DNA from: Octopus sinensis
Lineage: Eukaryota
Direction of reading: 5' to 3'
DNA length: 64,000 nucleotides
Assembly (NCBI RefSeq): GCF_006345805.1
Contig: NC_043004.1
Location: 34,534,001-34,598,000, forward strand
Under the pieces are notes generated by a model. The model was not told the origin of the DNA, did no database searches, and saw nothing but the letters and a program-made list of their open reading frames with translations. A program made the translations under genes and the position numbers. The first letter of the stretch is position 1. Every line of letters starts with the position of its first letter. Positions 33,988-47,125 of the stretch are shown here, piece after piece.

Positions 33988-36949
33988 AAAGCAATCAAAT
34001 AAACAAATCACCAAAACAATTAAAACCATCCACTCTCGCCTCAACATTTCTGCTTAATGCCCAAGGCATCAGCCCTTCCACCAATACACAAAAATGGAAG
34101 ATAAGATTCCTGGAGGACTGGGTCGAGGCCCATCCAAACCACATCCCTTTCTTCGTCCTCACTGAAACCCATCTTAGTGACCTCCACTTGGAAGCCGAGG
34201 TGAAAGTTAAAAATTTCAAAACCATTCGTGCTGATCGTGTTGGCAGAAGAAAGGGTGGGACTGCCATTTATGTCCATGATTCATTTTAAAAAAATATTCA
34301 GTCAAACCAACAACTTAACAGTAGTTGGGCTCTACAGACCACCCCAAACGCCCCTACCATGCTTCAAGGAATGCCTCAACAGCATAAAGTGTTTCATTCA
34401 GCAGTGTCAACCTGACAACATTTTAATGATGGGAGATTTCAACCTTCCCGGGGTGACTGGTCTACAAACAGTCTGCCGCCAGGTCTTCTCTCTCAACCCC
34501 TGACAGGGAGGCAGTGGAATCGCTTCTTGACTTCATGGATGACTTCTTCTTGTCCCAACTGGTACTCGAACCAACGAGATGTCACAAAAACGTCTTAGAC
34601 TTAATTTTCAGCAATCACACTGATACTATCCACAATATTGCAGTGGAGAAAACCCTACTCTCCGACCATGACATGGTTCTCTGTGATCTGAGATTTCACT
34701 GGCCAAAATGCAAAACAAATGTCATTCCTCCTGTTCATCCATTTGACACTATGGATTTCCACAATGCAAACTGGGAAGCGATCAATAATGATCTTGCACA
34801 AGTCGATTGGTCCTTCACGCACACATACACACCCACTAACATCAAAAAGTCCTGGCAGTCACTTGTAGACACCATCACGAACATATGTGCAAGACACACC
34901 CCATTAAGATCTGCAAACAAATCTAAGTGTCGAATCCCTAGAAATAGAAAATCTCTCATAAGGAAAATTAAAAGAATCAACAAAAAGATCAACATGCTGA
35001 AATACTGTCAACAGCAACACACCAACCTGACTGCCATCTCGTCGCTAGAGATTAAAAAACATAAACTCCAAAACAACATGATGTCTATCATCAATAGTCA
35101 GCGAAGAGCTGAAGAGGCCTGGGCCATTGAGAAGATCAAACTCAATCCCAAAGTGTTCTTTTCATTTGCAAAAAAACACAGAGTCACTGGTTCTACTGTT
35201 GGCCCTCTGATTGATGAAAATGGTACTCTTCAAGACAATGACAAAACCATGGGAGAAATATTGCAGAAACAATATTGCTCTGTTTTCAGCAATCCTGATA
35301 TGACTGATCTGGGCTGTATCAGTGATGTTACTCCCCAATACACTTTATCGGACATAACATTTGGCGCTCCTGATGTCTTAGCAGCAATAAAGGAAATGAA
35401 GCATAATTCAGCAGTAGGTCCCGATAGGTTCCCTGCTTGTGTCTTGAAGATGTGTCAAAACCAACTTGCACCCCCTCTAGCCAATCTGTGGCGGAACTCA
35501 CTGGATGCTGGATATATACCAGAAGACCTTCTATCCCAGTCTGTTGTCCCAGTTTTCAAAAAAGGAAACAAATCGCTTGCCGTGAATTACCGTCCAATCT
35601 CACTCACCTCTCATATCATCAAGGTATTTGAGAGGGTGCTGAGATCGCGTATGACTCACTTCCTTGAGAGTCATAATATGCTGAACCCCAACCAGCATGG
35701 ATTCCGTAATGGGAGAGATTGCCTGACGCAGCTACTGCATCATTTTGATGACATTTTGAGAGCCTTGGGAGAGGGTTCCAACACTGATGTCATCTACCTT
35801 GATTTCAGCAAGGCCTTTGACAGGGTTGATCATAAGATCCTTCTGAGAAAGCTGTCCAATATTGGTGTCACTGGAAAGCTGCTGCAATGGATCAAGTGCT
35901 TCCTCTCTAACAGAACCCAACATGTTGTAGTCGGGGGAGTCAAATCCAGCCCAGCCAAAGTCAGCAGTGGTGTCCCACAAGGCACTGTGTTGGGCCCACT
36001 TCTCTTCATCATCTACATAAATGATATTACTGACACCATCAAACACAGCAACATCAGAACCTTCGCTGATGATTCCAAGCTCCAGAAGGTCATCAATGGC
36101 GTGGATGACCGAATAAACCTTCAGTCAGACCTACTGGCTGTTGTCCAATGGGCGGAAAAGAATAACATGTTGCTAAATGAAGACAAATCCGAACTGATCT
36201 ACTTTGGAAGGGAGGACGCTCTGAAACTCCCATACTCTCTTCCTTCTGGAGAAATTCTCATGGCATCCAACAACATCAGAGACCTGGGAGTAACAGTGGA
36301 CAACAACATAAGCTGGGCTACACATATAAGCAGCAAAGTTGACATGGCCCGCAGAATGTGTTCCTGGATTCTCAGAACCTTCCAGTCGAGAGATTCCCAC
36401 GCTATTATCCTTCTCTTCTCCACTTTTGCCCGACCCCACCTTGAATACTGCTGTCCACTGTGGTCTCCCTACACAAAACAAAATATTATGAGAATTGAAG
36501 CTCCCCAAAGGTCAATCACAAAAAAGATAGATGGCATGTCAGACCTTGACTACTGGGGTAGACTAGAGAAGCTGAAATTGTATTCACTCCAACGACGCCG
36601 TGAACGCTACATTATCTGTATGATGTGGAAAATATTCCATCAGCACTGTCCGAATGATGTTGGCATCACCTTCAAAATGCATCCAAGGCTTGGACCACGT
36701 GCCATCCGTCCACAACAAAAATCTAAATCGCATCACATAACGACAATACGGCACAACTATTTCACCTCATTTGGACCTGCTCTCTTCAACATTACACCAG
36801 GACACGTCAAAAAAGAAACTGACCACACAAAATTCAAGAAGTCTTTGGACAAATTCCTTCAAACAGTACCGGACAAACCACCCACACCCGGATATGTCTC
36901 CGCAAACAATAACTCTCTGCTCGAATGGGCCTTGGTGCCCAAATCCTGA
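33978..36949 (+). CDS. LINE ORF2 (AP endonuclease + reverse transcriptase); endonuclease part interrupted, RT and C-terminus open for 811 codons
   Basis: APE motifs NAQG, LTETH, RADR..RKGGTAIYV, GLYRPP, GDFNLP, VLDLIFSN and SDHDMV. RT motifs YRPISLTS, QHGF, LDFSKAFD, GVPQGTVLGP and FADD. Breaks near 34285, 34463 and 34500. Confidence 0.9.
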
Positions 36950-37046
36950 ACTGAAAGACTTCGCCAGGTGGTGCTATTAAGTTAGACATGGCCTGGGCCA
37001 ATACTGGCCAAAAACCTTTCTAAGTTATTCTAAGTTATTCTAAGTT

Positions 37047-37697
37047 ATGTATTTATGTATGTATATATTATGTATGTATGTATGTATGTATGTATGTATG
37101 TATGTATGTATGCATGCATGTATGTATGTTTGTATGTATGCATGTATGCATGCATGTATGTATGTATTATGTATGTATGTATGTATGTATGTATGCATGC
37201 ATGTATGTATGTATTTATGTATGTATGTATATATTATGTATGTATGTATGTATGTATGTATGTATGTATTATGTATGTATGTATTTATGTATGTATGTAT
37301 ATATTATGTATGTATGTATGTATGTATGTATGTATGTATGTATTATGTATGTATTTATGCATGTATGTATATATTATGTATGTATGTATGTATGTATTAT
37401 GTATGTATGTATTTATGTATGTATGTATATATTATGTATGTATGTATGTATGTATGTATTATGTATGTATGTATGTATTTATGTATGTATGTATATATTA
37501 TGTATGTATGTATGTATGTATGTATTATGTATGTATGTATGTATTTATGTATGTATGTATATATTATGTATGTATGTATGTATGTATGTATGTATGTATG
37601 TATTATGTATGTATGTATGTATTTATGTATGTATGTATATATTATGTATGTATGTATGTATGTATGTATGTATGTATTATGTATGTATGTATGTATG
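37047..37697. repeat. (TATG)n array with higher-order variants, right flank of the LINE
   Basis: Same variant motifs as the left flank, with ~45-55-bp higher-order periodicity. Confidence 0.95.
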
Positions 37698-38204
37698 CTG
37701 GATCACTGAACTCAGCATGTTTCCTTTCATTCTCTCTGTTTATTTTCTCTTATTCCTTTCTATCGAAAAGCATAGGCTTGAAACATAAAAGACTTTTCCA
37801 TTTTTCCCAAGCGCCAAACTAATACACTTGCTTGTTGTTCATACACCTGTTTTCGTCTTTGTTTTTCTACAAATTTGAACTATGTATGTATGCACACACA
37901 AACACACACACACACACACATAGGGAGAGAGAAAGAGAGAGAGAGGGGGGGGAAGTCATCTAAGGATCCATCAGAAAAAATAAGCACTCATATTTGTCAG
38001 AATAGATATATCAATCAAAGTATACAGTACAATAGATCCATTTCAGCCATTCTTATCAGACAGTTTCACTGGGTATTAGATAACCAGACATTAGAAACGA
38101 ATGCAATTAACTAATACCACTTGCTCTTCAGAGGTTGAGTAAATCTTACTCAGTTTAATATTAAAATGTGTTTATAAAAAAACAAACATTATATTTTTTC
38201 TTTT

Positions 38205-38370
38205 ATTGATCATTTATTCAGTCTTTAGATTGTGGCCATGTTGAGATACTGTCTTGAAAAATTTTAGTTGATCAAATCGACCCAGGTACTTATTTATAAA
38301 ACCTGGTACTTATTCTATCGGTCTTTTTTTGCCAAACTGCTAAGTTATGGGGAATGTAAACATGCCACAT
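38205..38370 (-). mobile_element. SINE family A 3' fragment
   Basis: ATTCAGTCTTTAGATTGTGGCCATG...TTCTATCGGTC...GCTAAGTTATGGGG. Confidence 0.65.
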
Positions 38371-41004
38371 TGAAAACAGTAAAAGAAAAAAAGAAATCAG
38401 TTTGATTCCAAGAATTACTTAAAGTCATTTCTGATATTATTATTATCTCTTCTATATTCTTCTGAAGCACATTTCCAGTCATGTGACTCTTAAGACGTAT
38501 TCATTTCTAGTTATATTCCTCGTACGATGCCATAAAATGACACTATGTGGGACTGCAAAAAATTTCTACACTAATCTTAGATCTCTTTTATCTGACTGCC
38601 TTTATATGTTTCATTTCCAATAGTATCTACTGCTGCTGCTACTGCTGCTGCTACTGCTGCCACTGCTGCTGTTGGTATGGAAACAGACAAGTACTGGCAA
38701 TTTCATTTTCTATTAAAAATGTTGATATCAATACAGGTACTGAAAAGGTATTATGTGATATTGATTCCTTTCTTTTCCTCTTTTTTTTTCTTTTTAGCAA
38801 ACAAGAAGTTTCAATTGCCATATTGGTAAATATGCATTTTATTTCAGTAGTTTCAAAACATGGTGGAAAAAAAAAAAATGATTCAGCAAGAGGAATACGA
38901 GTGATAGGAAAAGTAAAAAAAAAATTATTAATATCTTTGTTTTTTTTTTTGTTGTTCTTTTGCATATATTTTCCAGTAAAAATCATGGTTTATGATGTTT
39001 TGTTGCCTTTTAGTAACTAGGGGTGAGATCACATGATCATAATGGCTAAGAAAAAAATCGCTATAAATTTGGGGTAAACAGTCATAGATGTGTGTGTGTG
39101 TACACACACATCTCTGTGAGTATATATATACACATACGTGCATACATAGTGACGTATATACATATATATGTATGTACATATGTATATATATGTGCATATA
39201 TATATATATATATATATGTACATACACACACACATTCATATGTATGTATGTATTTTTCAATGACAAATGGAAGTATCATATGACTTATCCATTGAAAGGG
39301 TCCCATTTCCATTGTGTGGAAATCCATATTTGCTACTATATGTTCTTGTCATGTTTTTCAATATTTCTCACAAAGAAAAATAGTTCTGTAAACTTAAATA
39401 ATTATAATAATTTGAAAATATAAACAGGAAAATATTGCAACTATTTTATTTGAAGGAGAGGAAAATTCATCACTTGAATGAAAAAAACAATAGGTAGCTG
39501 TTTATGATTTAGTTGAGTGAAAGAGATTGAATTAAATCATTATGTCAACAAGTCTTTAGTAATTAAGAATGTTTTTAGAAACAACTTTCTCAACTTCACT
39601 ACCATTTTACAATTTGTTAAGTTCTCATTAGCAAACCTACAAACCTCCTTGAATTTGTTGAGCTAATTTATATATGAAAATTAAAAACAAAAAAAAAAAG
39701 GATTTTCTTCCTCTTATGAAATTGTGTTACACAAAATTGTGATAAATATAAAAAGAAGAGGAAAACCCCAACTGAAAAACAATATAAAAGCATGAAAGAG
39801 TTTCACATATAAATGTGTGATTTTATAATGTCATAAATCACTAATTAAAATGTTTAACTATAAGAAATTATTGATTTTATTTCAATAATTGAATCAGGAG
39901 TATATAGTGAAAGAGACGTGTCATAAATAGCTTTAGGTGTTTGCAGCTTATAAAATGGTAGCATGATTAGATCAATTTCTAAACCTAATTATCAACTTGA
40001 ATGAGTCTTGATATTCACAGGAAAATAAACTGTATTTGCTTGTTAGAGATCTATAAATAGCTGATAGATTAGAGGTAACACCAGTGCTGGATTAACTGTG
40101 AGAGCAGGTAGGTTATAAATTAAAAACATGGCCATTTTACGAAGTTGTAATAACTTTTGTGGAGCTAACAGCATATTTGACGGATTGAGGACAAATTTGA
40201 ATAGATTTGCTAGTCTAGAAGTGGAAATAACAAAAATGAATACAAAACTACTGTTATTTTTACCGACATGATATTGAGAGTTTAGCCGATGTGTTTGAGG
40301 CATTCTGAAAGTTAACTAAAGAGAACGATGGCTTGGCCAATTATATAGCAAATATATATAACTGGATTCTTTTTCTATAGATTCTACTTTCAGTTGATTC
40401 TGGTTTAAATGTAACAACATGTGAATTCTGTAAATTACAACAGTGTTACACAAGCAACAAACATACACAAAGTTAAATACTTTCTCCTAATCTACAATTT
40501 AAATGTAATATAAATTTGTTTTTATGGTTGGATGTTGAAAAAGTTAAATAAATTTAAACTTAGAGTTTATAGTTCTTACTGACATAAGGTTAAAGGAGAA
40601 ATCCTGATTTTTGATTTAACAGGGATGGTCATCGTTACAAGCTCTATAAAATATTAGGAGAAATCTGATTTGTTTGGCTGGTTTTATTTATGAGAATGTA
40701 ATGATTAAACTCAATTATTGTTTGACAAGTTTAATGCATTGAAACAGGGAAGAGGAATGGTAAGTCTATTGATTAGCAGTTAATAAAAATTATATCTTTG
40801 TCTCTTTATCAGTTTGATTTTTATAATCTATTTAATTTTAAATGTCCTGGTGATGATGATAATGATGATGTTGATGAAGATGATGATGGTGATAATGTCG
40901 TGGATCTTGGAAGTCTTCCAAGTATTGAATCAACTTGAAAATGTTATTCAAAAACAGTGAAGGCTATATAATACTATTTATTACTCTGTGGAATTATGGC
41001 AGAA

Positions 41005-41215
41005 TTGAGAGGCCGGGCAAAATGTTTGGCAGCATTTTGTCTTTCAGTCAGCCTTTAAATTCTGAGTTCAAAATCCACCAAAGTTGACTTTACCTTTCAT
41101 CATCTTGGGGTTGATGAAATAAGTACCAGTTGAGCTCTGGGGCTGATATAAACAACTTGCCACCTCCTCCCTCAAATTGCTGGCCTTGTGCCAGAACTTG
41201 AAACTGATACTGTTT
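41005..41215 (+). mobile_element. SINE family C
   Basis: CTGAGTTCAAAATCCACCAAAGTTGACTTTACCTTTCATC...AAGTACCAGTTG...TTGCTGGCCTTGTGCC. Confidence 0.7.
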
Positions 41216-41827
41216 GATACTATACAATACAACAATGAAGTATAATGCTATTTAATGCTCAGCTTCTTTACATGCTTCTCCCCTAAAAATGTCATGGCTG
41301 TGGATTAGCTACTCTTTTTATTGGGTTAAGTTGACACTAAAGAACAACCAAAGAAGTTTACTAACAAAACAAGAACTGAAATAAGTTTACTAACAAAACT
41401 CAGGTGTAAAAAAAAATTGGAACATGCTTCTTTATTCTAATATCTGAAAGGACTTGATTTAGATTAAAATAGATTATTTCACAAATCATCGATTTATTAA
41501 TATAAATGGTTTACTGTTGGCATTTTGTCCTTGACTCTATGTTTGCTGTGTCCTTAAAAAAGGAGTATTCAACAGTGAATAGAAAATGCTGCCTCACAGT
41601 AAACAGTGAGAAAAGGATACAATGGAGTAACAGTTTGTATTATAAAGTTAACTGAGTTAGTTTGTTATGAAGAATGAACAAGACCCTCCACTGGAAGACA
41701 AGCCCTGTTCAAAACATCACGAATCCTCCTGCTCTGCACAGCACACTCATTTTATATTGTGAAGGATTTGTTTAATTATTTGCAAAATGTTGACCCTCAT
41801 CTCCACTAATTCTATTGGTTTCCATAG

Positions 41828-41845
41828 TTTCACTTTGTATGACAG
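41828..41845 (+). other. Candidate 18-nt microexon
   Basis: ccaCTAATtctattggtttccatag|TTTCACTTTGTATGACAG|gtaagc. Branch-point-like CTAAT, consensus donor, length a multiple of 3. Confidence 0.3.
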
Positions 41846-42926
41846 GTAAGCTATTTGTCTCGTGAGCCCAAATGATTCCATTACTCATAGGGGAGATGTG
41901 CCACAGCATCATAATAAATGGTCGTGATATACTGAACAGACTCCCATCCAATGAAGTAAGCACTGATGGGTAACCTGTTATGCTTGTATGGAAAAATATA
42001 ATTTCTCGTAGAATGATGAAAGTCAAAGTCAATCTTGGAGGACGTAAAAGCTACATTTGTGGTAATCAATCACCGGATGCAGAGAGAAATGAAGGAGATG
42101 ATCAATCAAATTCAATAATATTATCACGTCAGCAAAATGTGAAGAGTTGACAGAAATGGTAAAATGACAGATTAAATTCTAAAATAGTTTTTAGTTCCAT
42201 TTTATGATCTGAAATTCTGCAAGGATTCTTCTTATATTCTCCATCATTCAGTACTCGCAAAATATTGAGATCCATCCTTGAAGCTGTACCCCTTCTATTA
42301 TGGATATTATTTGTGTGAAGAAATTTTATTACATCCTCAAGTTGGTGTTTAAAGTATACAGAGTTACCTCTCTATGTTTTTGATTTCAAACAATATTTAA
42401 CATCCATAGTAGTCTATATATATCATACATAATATATATTTATTCATAGTTGATGGGCCAGTTACTGAAATATTTGTCCTGAGATAACATCTCTTATAAA
42501 TGTACTGTATTAAAAACACAATGAATTTCAGAGAGAGACAAAAATTCATCTCAGCAGTGACCAGCAAGAGTATCAGACACAGATTGGCCTTTTTTTGTGG
42601 TGGGGTGGGGGGTGCTTTGCAATGTGGCACATACTTGCAGCCATTCACATGCTTGAATGAAAATTCCCCACCTCTGACATAAGAACTCAATTAAACATTC
42701 ACTGATGTTGGGAAGAGCTATCCAGCTGAATAAAAATCTGGTGTACATAATTGAGGCAGTATTAAATTAAAATAGTTGTGCACATATCATATATAACGTA
42801 TATACACAGGTGATAGGCCAACTGCCACAGTATTTTTCCTGAGATTACATCTCTCATGGACACCAGATTTAACATTCATGTTCCATTTTGGCATTGTGTG
42901 GACATTAAATGATGATGGTGATACCA

Positions 42927-43255
42927 TCGTCATCATCATCATCGTTTAACGTCCGTTTTCCATGCTAGCATGAGTTGGATGGTTCAACCAGGGTATGGGA
43001 AGCCAGGGGCTGCACTAGGCTCCAGTCTGATCTGGCAGTGTTTCTACAGCTGGATGCCCTTCTTAATGCCAACCACTCCCTGAGTGTAGTGGGTGCTTTT
43101 TATGTGCCACCGGCACAGGTGCCAGATGAGGCTGGCAATGGCCACAATTGGTTGGCGCTTTTTACATGCCACCGGCATGGAAGCCAGTCAAGGCAGTACT
43201 AGCAACGGCCACATTCGGATGGTGCTTTTTATGTGCCACCGGCACAGGTATCACA
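42927..43255 (-). mobile_element. RTE 3'UTR-type repeat with ~65-bp subrepeats
   Basis: (CAT)n GTTTAACGTCCGTTTTCCATGC..., with repeated GGTGCTTTTTATGTGCCACCGGCAC. Confidence 0.85.
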
Positions 43256-43559
43256 ACTACAATGTATTGTATAAAATAAGTACCAGTGATATCATGAGGT
43301 AATTACTGTCTCTCTCTTACAGAAATTGTTGTTGCCTTGCACTGTACCTAATCAAAAGAAATCACCAATAGAGGAGAAAAAAAAGCTATTTACTGACAGC
43401 TACTATTGTCACTACAACTGCCACCATCAAAAATGATTCCTAGAACTCTTCGTGTTGGTAGAGCATAGCAAAAACTGTCCATTTTAATAAATAATGGTAT
43501 GTCTTCTTTAAAATTAGTCATGTTATCATTATGCATTCGTTTATTTATTTATTTATATT

Positions 43560-44760
43560 ACATTTGTTTTTCTTTTATCTCTTTTGCTAACTTCCTTCCC
43601 TGTGGGATTTCGCTTTTTTGCAGATTATCGTTTTAAGTTTTGCCAATCAAATCCTTTTATAGATCTGATTGCAGTCATTAATCACAGCTTTCACAATTTT
43701 TATCATTCTCTATTTTTTTTCTCTTACTCTCTCTGTACAAATCGCTTCCTCTTTTACCATTCCCTGGCCATTTTTCTTAGTTTTTATTTCTCCAGTCGTT
43801 TTTCTATTTTATTCAGCTTTCTTCCACACCTCTCTCTCTCTCTGTCTCCTTCTCACTTCTCCATCTTCTTCTCTTTCTTTTTTAACCATTTTTCATTTCT
43901 ATTTTTCTCTCAATTAGTTTTCTTATTTATTTTTCATTTTTTCATGCTAACCCTCTCCCATTCAGTTACTCCTTCTCTCTTTTTCTCTAACAAATTCTTT
44001 ATTTTTTTCATATTCTCCTTCTTCTATTCATCTTAGCCAATCTTTCTCTCTACCTCGGCCTTTGCCTTTCATTCCCATCCATTTCTTTCTATTTGCTTAT
44101 CTCTCTCATTCTCCCCCTCTCTCCCTCCCTCTTACCCCCCTCCACTAAAATTCTCTTAATTTCTTTTAATGATACACATCACCTTTCATTCTTTTATACT
44201 CACTTCATTTACCATTTTCTGATGATATAACTCTCTTCATATTCCTCTGCCTCTATTTTGGCCACAATTCTGTTACTTATTACTCTCTCTCTCTCTCTCC
44301 TTTCTTTTATTCATCTTTCCTCTCTCCCTGCTCCTCTTTGCTACATATTTATTTTACCTCTCTTTCCTCCCCCTCCAACAACCATGTATTCACTCAGACC
44401 CACTCTCTCTCTTTCTCTCTCTCACTTACTCTCTCCCTCCCTCTCTCTCTTTCTCATCATACCTCTCTAGACCTTAGTATATTACTACTCTTTCCTCAAT
44501 GCGCCTTCTTACCATTTTACCATTCTCTGTTCCTCACCAGCAAGCCCTTTTTGCTAACTCTTACACATGCTCTCCAACCTCTCCCACTACCCCTCCCACT
44601 CCCACTCACACTCATACTCTTAATTTTCACACAATCACTTGCTTCTGACTTCTCTCATCATTACATTCCACTCACTCATCTCGTTCTTCTTCTCATCTCC
44701 TCTCATCATGCACAGCACGTCTCTCTTTCCCTCCCACAGCCTCTCTATTACATTAAATAT
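43560..44760. repeat. ~1.2-kb polypyrimidine (C/T-rich) low-complexity tract
   Basis: G is strongly depleted on the + strand across the block. Confidence 0.85.
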
Positions 44761-44930
44761 TATTCCACAAGGAAAGAGGCTTTATAAAACATTTATTAAT
44801 TGTTTAACAAAGAGCCACTCAATATTAAACAGTGTTCTACTTTTAGCTGACAATAATATTTAATATTTATAGCAATTTTACTTCTCTCATCCAATGTTAA
44901 TCTGCAAAAACTGTTCTCTCATTCGCATAT

Positions 44931-44961
<31 letters not shown>

Positions 44962-45018
44962 TACATACATACATACACACACATACAAACATGCATGCAT
45001 ACATACATACATACATAC

Positions 45019-45049
<31 letters not shown>

Positions 45050-45345
45050 GTACATACATACATACATACATGCATGTATATGCATTTGTATATAAATGTA
45101 TATATTTCCTTTGTGCTGTATTCTGTTGTGATGTGGATGGTGTTGAGAAAATGTAATGCCCAATGATTTAACTAGTTCTAATTTCCCATGTAATTAATCC
45201 AAAATAATTGCTAACTCATTTATCTGAAAGCATCAATACCAACTATGTAAATGTGCATAGATACATAGACATCACATTACATTATATTTGAGTGTATATT
45301 TATACATACATACATACATACATACATACATACATACATACATAA

Positions 45346-45418
<73 letters not shown>

Positions 45419-45669
45419 CGTTGCTATTATGTTAAACTGTTGTATCTCCAAATTTGTTCAAATGCGTTTCAATATTTATTTTTGCTTGCAAGAGCTGGTT
45501 CTTTTGGTCAAACTGATGCCACTCCAGCTGCTTCAGATGTTAAGGTATCAAAAATTGTCAAAGTGTAGTACAATGGTTTTTCTATGGAATGCTGAAACAA
45601 TTTTTTCATTTTCTGAAAAAGCAACATTTTGGACTTACAACAATTTTGCATAATAGTAACGATATATAT

Positions 45670-45712
<43 letters not shown>

Positions 45713-46164
45713 TTCAATGTACAGATTATCCCTTTTCCACCAATAACATAGCAGAGTGTGAACCAAATGCTTCTTGTTCTTGTTGTTTGATTGTACCAGA
45801 ATCTGAAATATAGATTTGGAAACCAGTAACTTGCTTCTGTCAACAACAAGAGCTAACAACTGAAAGCTTGGTATCAACAGATAAACCCATGTCGCCCCCT
45901 TTCTAACCAATCAGTTTGTCTGTTTATTTTATTAGTAATCATGCTTACATCGTCAGTTTTTCTAACTGGATTAATGCAACGTTAACATGAGTCACAGATA
46001 AGCAGGAATACCATACAAAAGCTTACTAACTGGAATTGTTGGTAGTGGTCACTAGGCATACAGTCCAACTCAGAGCATGATTATGCCTGTTGGATGACCC
46101 AGAGATGTAGTGACAGGTTTGTACTATAGTGGTCAATGCATCTAAGAGGTCATTAAGAGAATTT

Positions 46165-46530
46165 CGAGCACCATCCAAGCGTGATTGTTGCCAGAGTGGT
46201 TAACTGGTTTCTATGCCAGTGGCATGTAAAAGGCACCATTCAAGTGTGATCGTTATCAGCGTCGCTTTATTTGCACTTGTGCCAGTGGCATGTGTAAAAA
46301 CGTTCAGGCGAGGTCGTTGCCAGTACCGCTTGACTGGCTCCTGTGCTGGTGGCACGTAAAAGCACTCACTACACTCTCGGAGTGGTTGGCATTAGGAAGG
46401 GCATCCAGCTGTAAAAACTCTACCAAATCAAGACTGGAGCCTGGTGCAACCATCTGGTTCGCCAGCCCTCAGTCAAATCGTCCAACACATGCCAGCATGG
46501 AAAGCAGACGTTAAACGATGATGATGATGA
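46165..46530 (+). mobile_element. RTE 3'UTR-type repeat
   Basis: Ends GCATGGAAAGCAGACGTTAAACGATGATGATGATG. Confidence 0.85.
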
Positions 46531-46784
46531 AGAAGAGTATTTCTGGCAGTCATGAAATTTGTTGGCACAACAGACATTGAAGCAATGGACAATACACCAA
46601 TTATGATATCTTCAATTTAGATGTGTTTTACTGGTAAGCTAGACAGTAACATACAGAATAACTGCCAGCTCATTGATTATATCCCCAATGGGCTGATCTG
46701 GGGCCAGGCCCAGACACAAACTTCTTTGGGCTGGTTAACAATCTCTTACAGATGCACTATATAAATGTATTATGTAAAGGAATC

Positions 46785-47125
46785 ATCATCATTTAACGTT
46801 TGCTTTCCAAGCTGGCATGGGTTGGACGATTTGACTGAGGTCTGGCAAACCAGATGGCTGCACCAGACTCCAGTCTGATCTGGTAGTGTTTCCACGGCTG
46901 GATGCCCTTCCTAACGCCAACCACTCCGAGAGTGTAGTGGATGCTTTTACATGCCACCGGCACGAGGGCCAGTCAGGTGGTACTGGCAGTGGCCACACTC
47001 AATGGTGCTTTTTATGTGCTACCTGCACAGGAGCCAGTCCAGCGGCACTGGCAACGACCTCGTTCGAATGTTTTTTGCCTTTCTGTTTTTTTACGTGCCA
47101 CCAGCACAAGTGCCAGTAAGGCGAT
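46785..47125 (-). mobile_element. RTE 3'UTR-type repeat
   Basis: Starts CATCATCATTTAACGTTTGCTTTCCAAGCTGGCATGGG; inverted relative to 46165-46530. Confidence 0.85.

Larger units (their letters stand above)
32326..37047 (+). mobile_element. Apparently full-length CR1-clade LINE
   Basis: ~450-bp 5'UTR, intact ORF1, APE-RT ORF2 with a CR1-type C-terminus (RPHLEYCCPLWSPY...LYSLQRRRER), short 3'UTR and a tandem tail (TAAGTTATTC)2TAAGTT. Confidence 0.88.

Noticed and set aside
34735-36508. Antisense and alternative-frame ORFs inside the LINE
   Set aside because: Shadow ORFs of the long ORF2 with no independent motifs.
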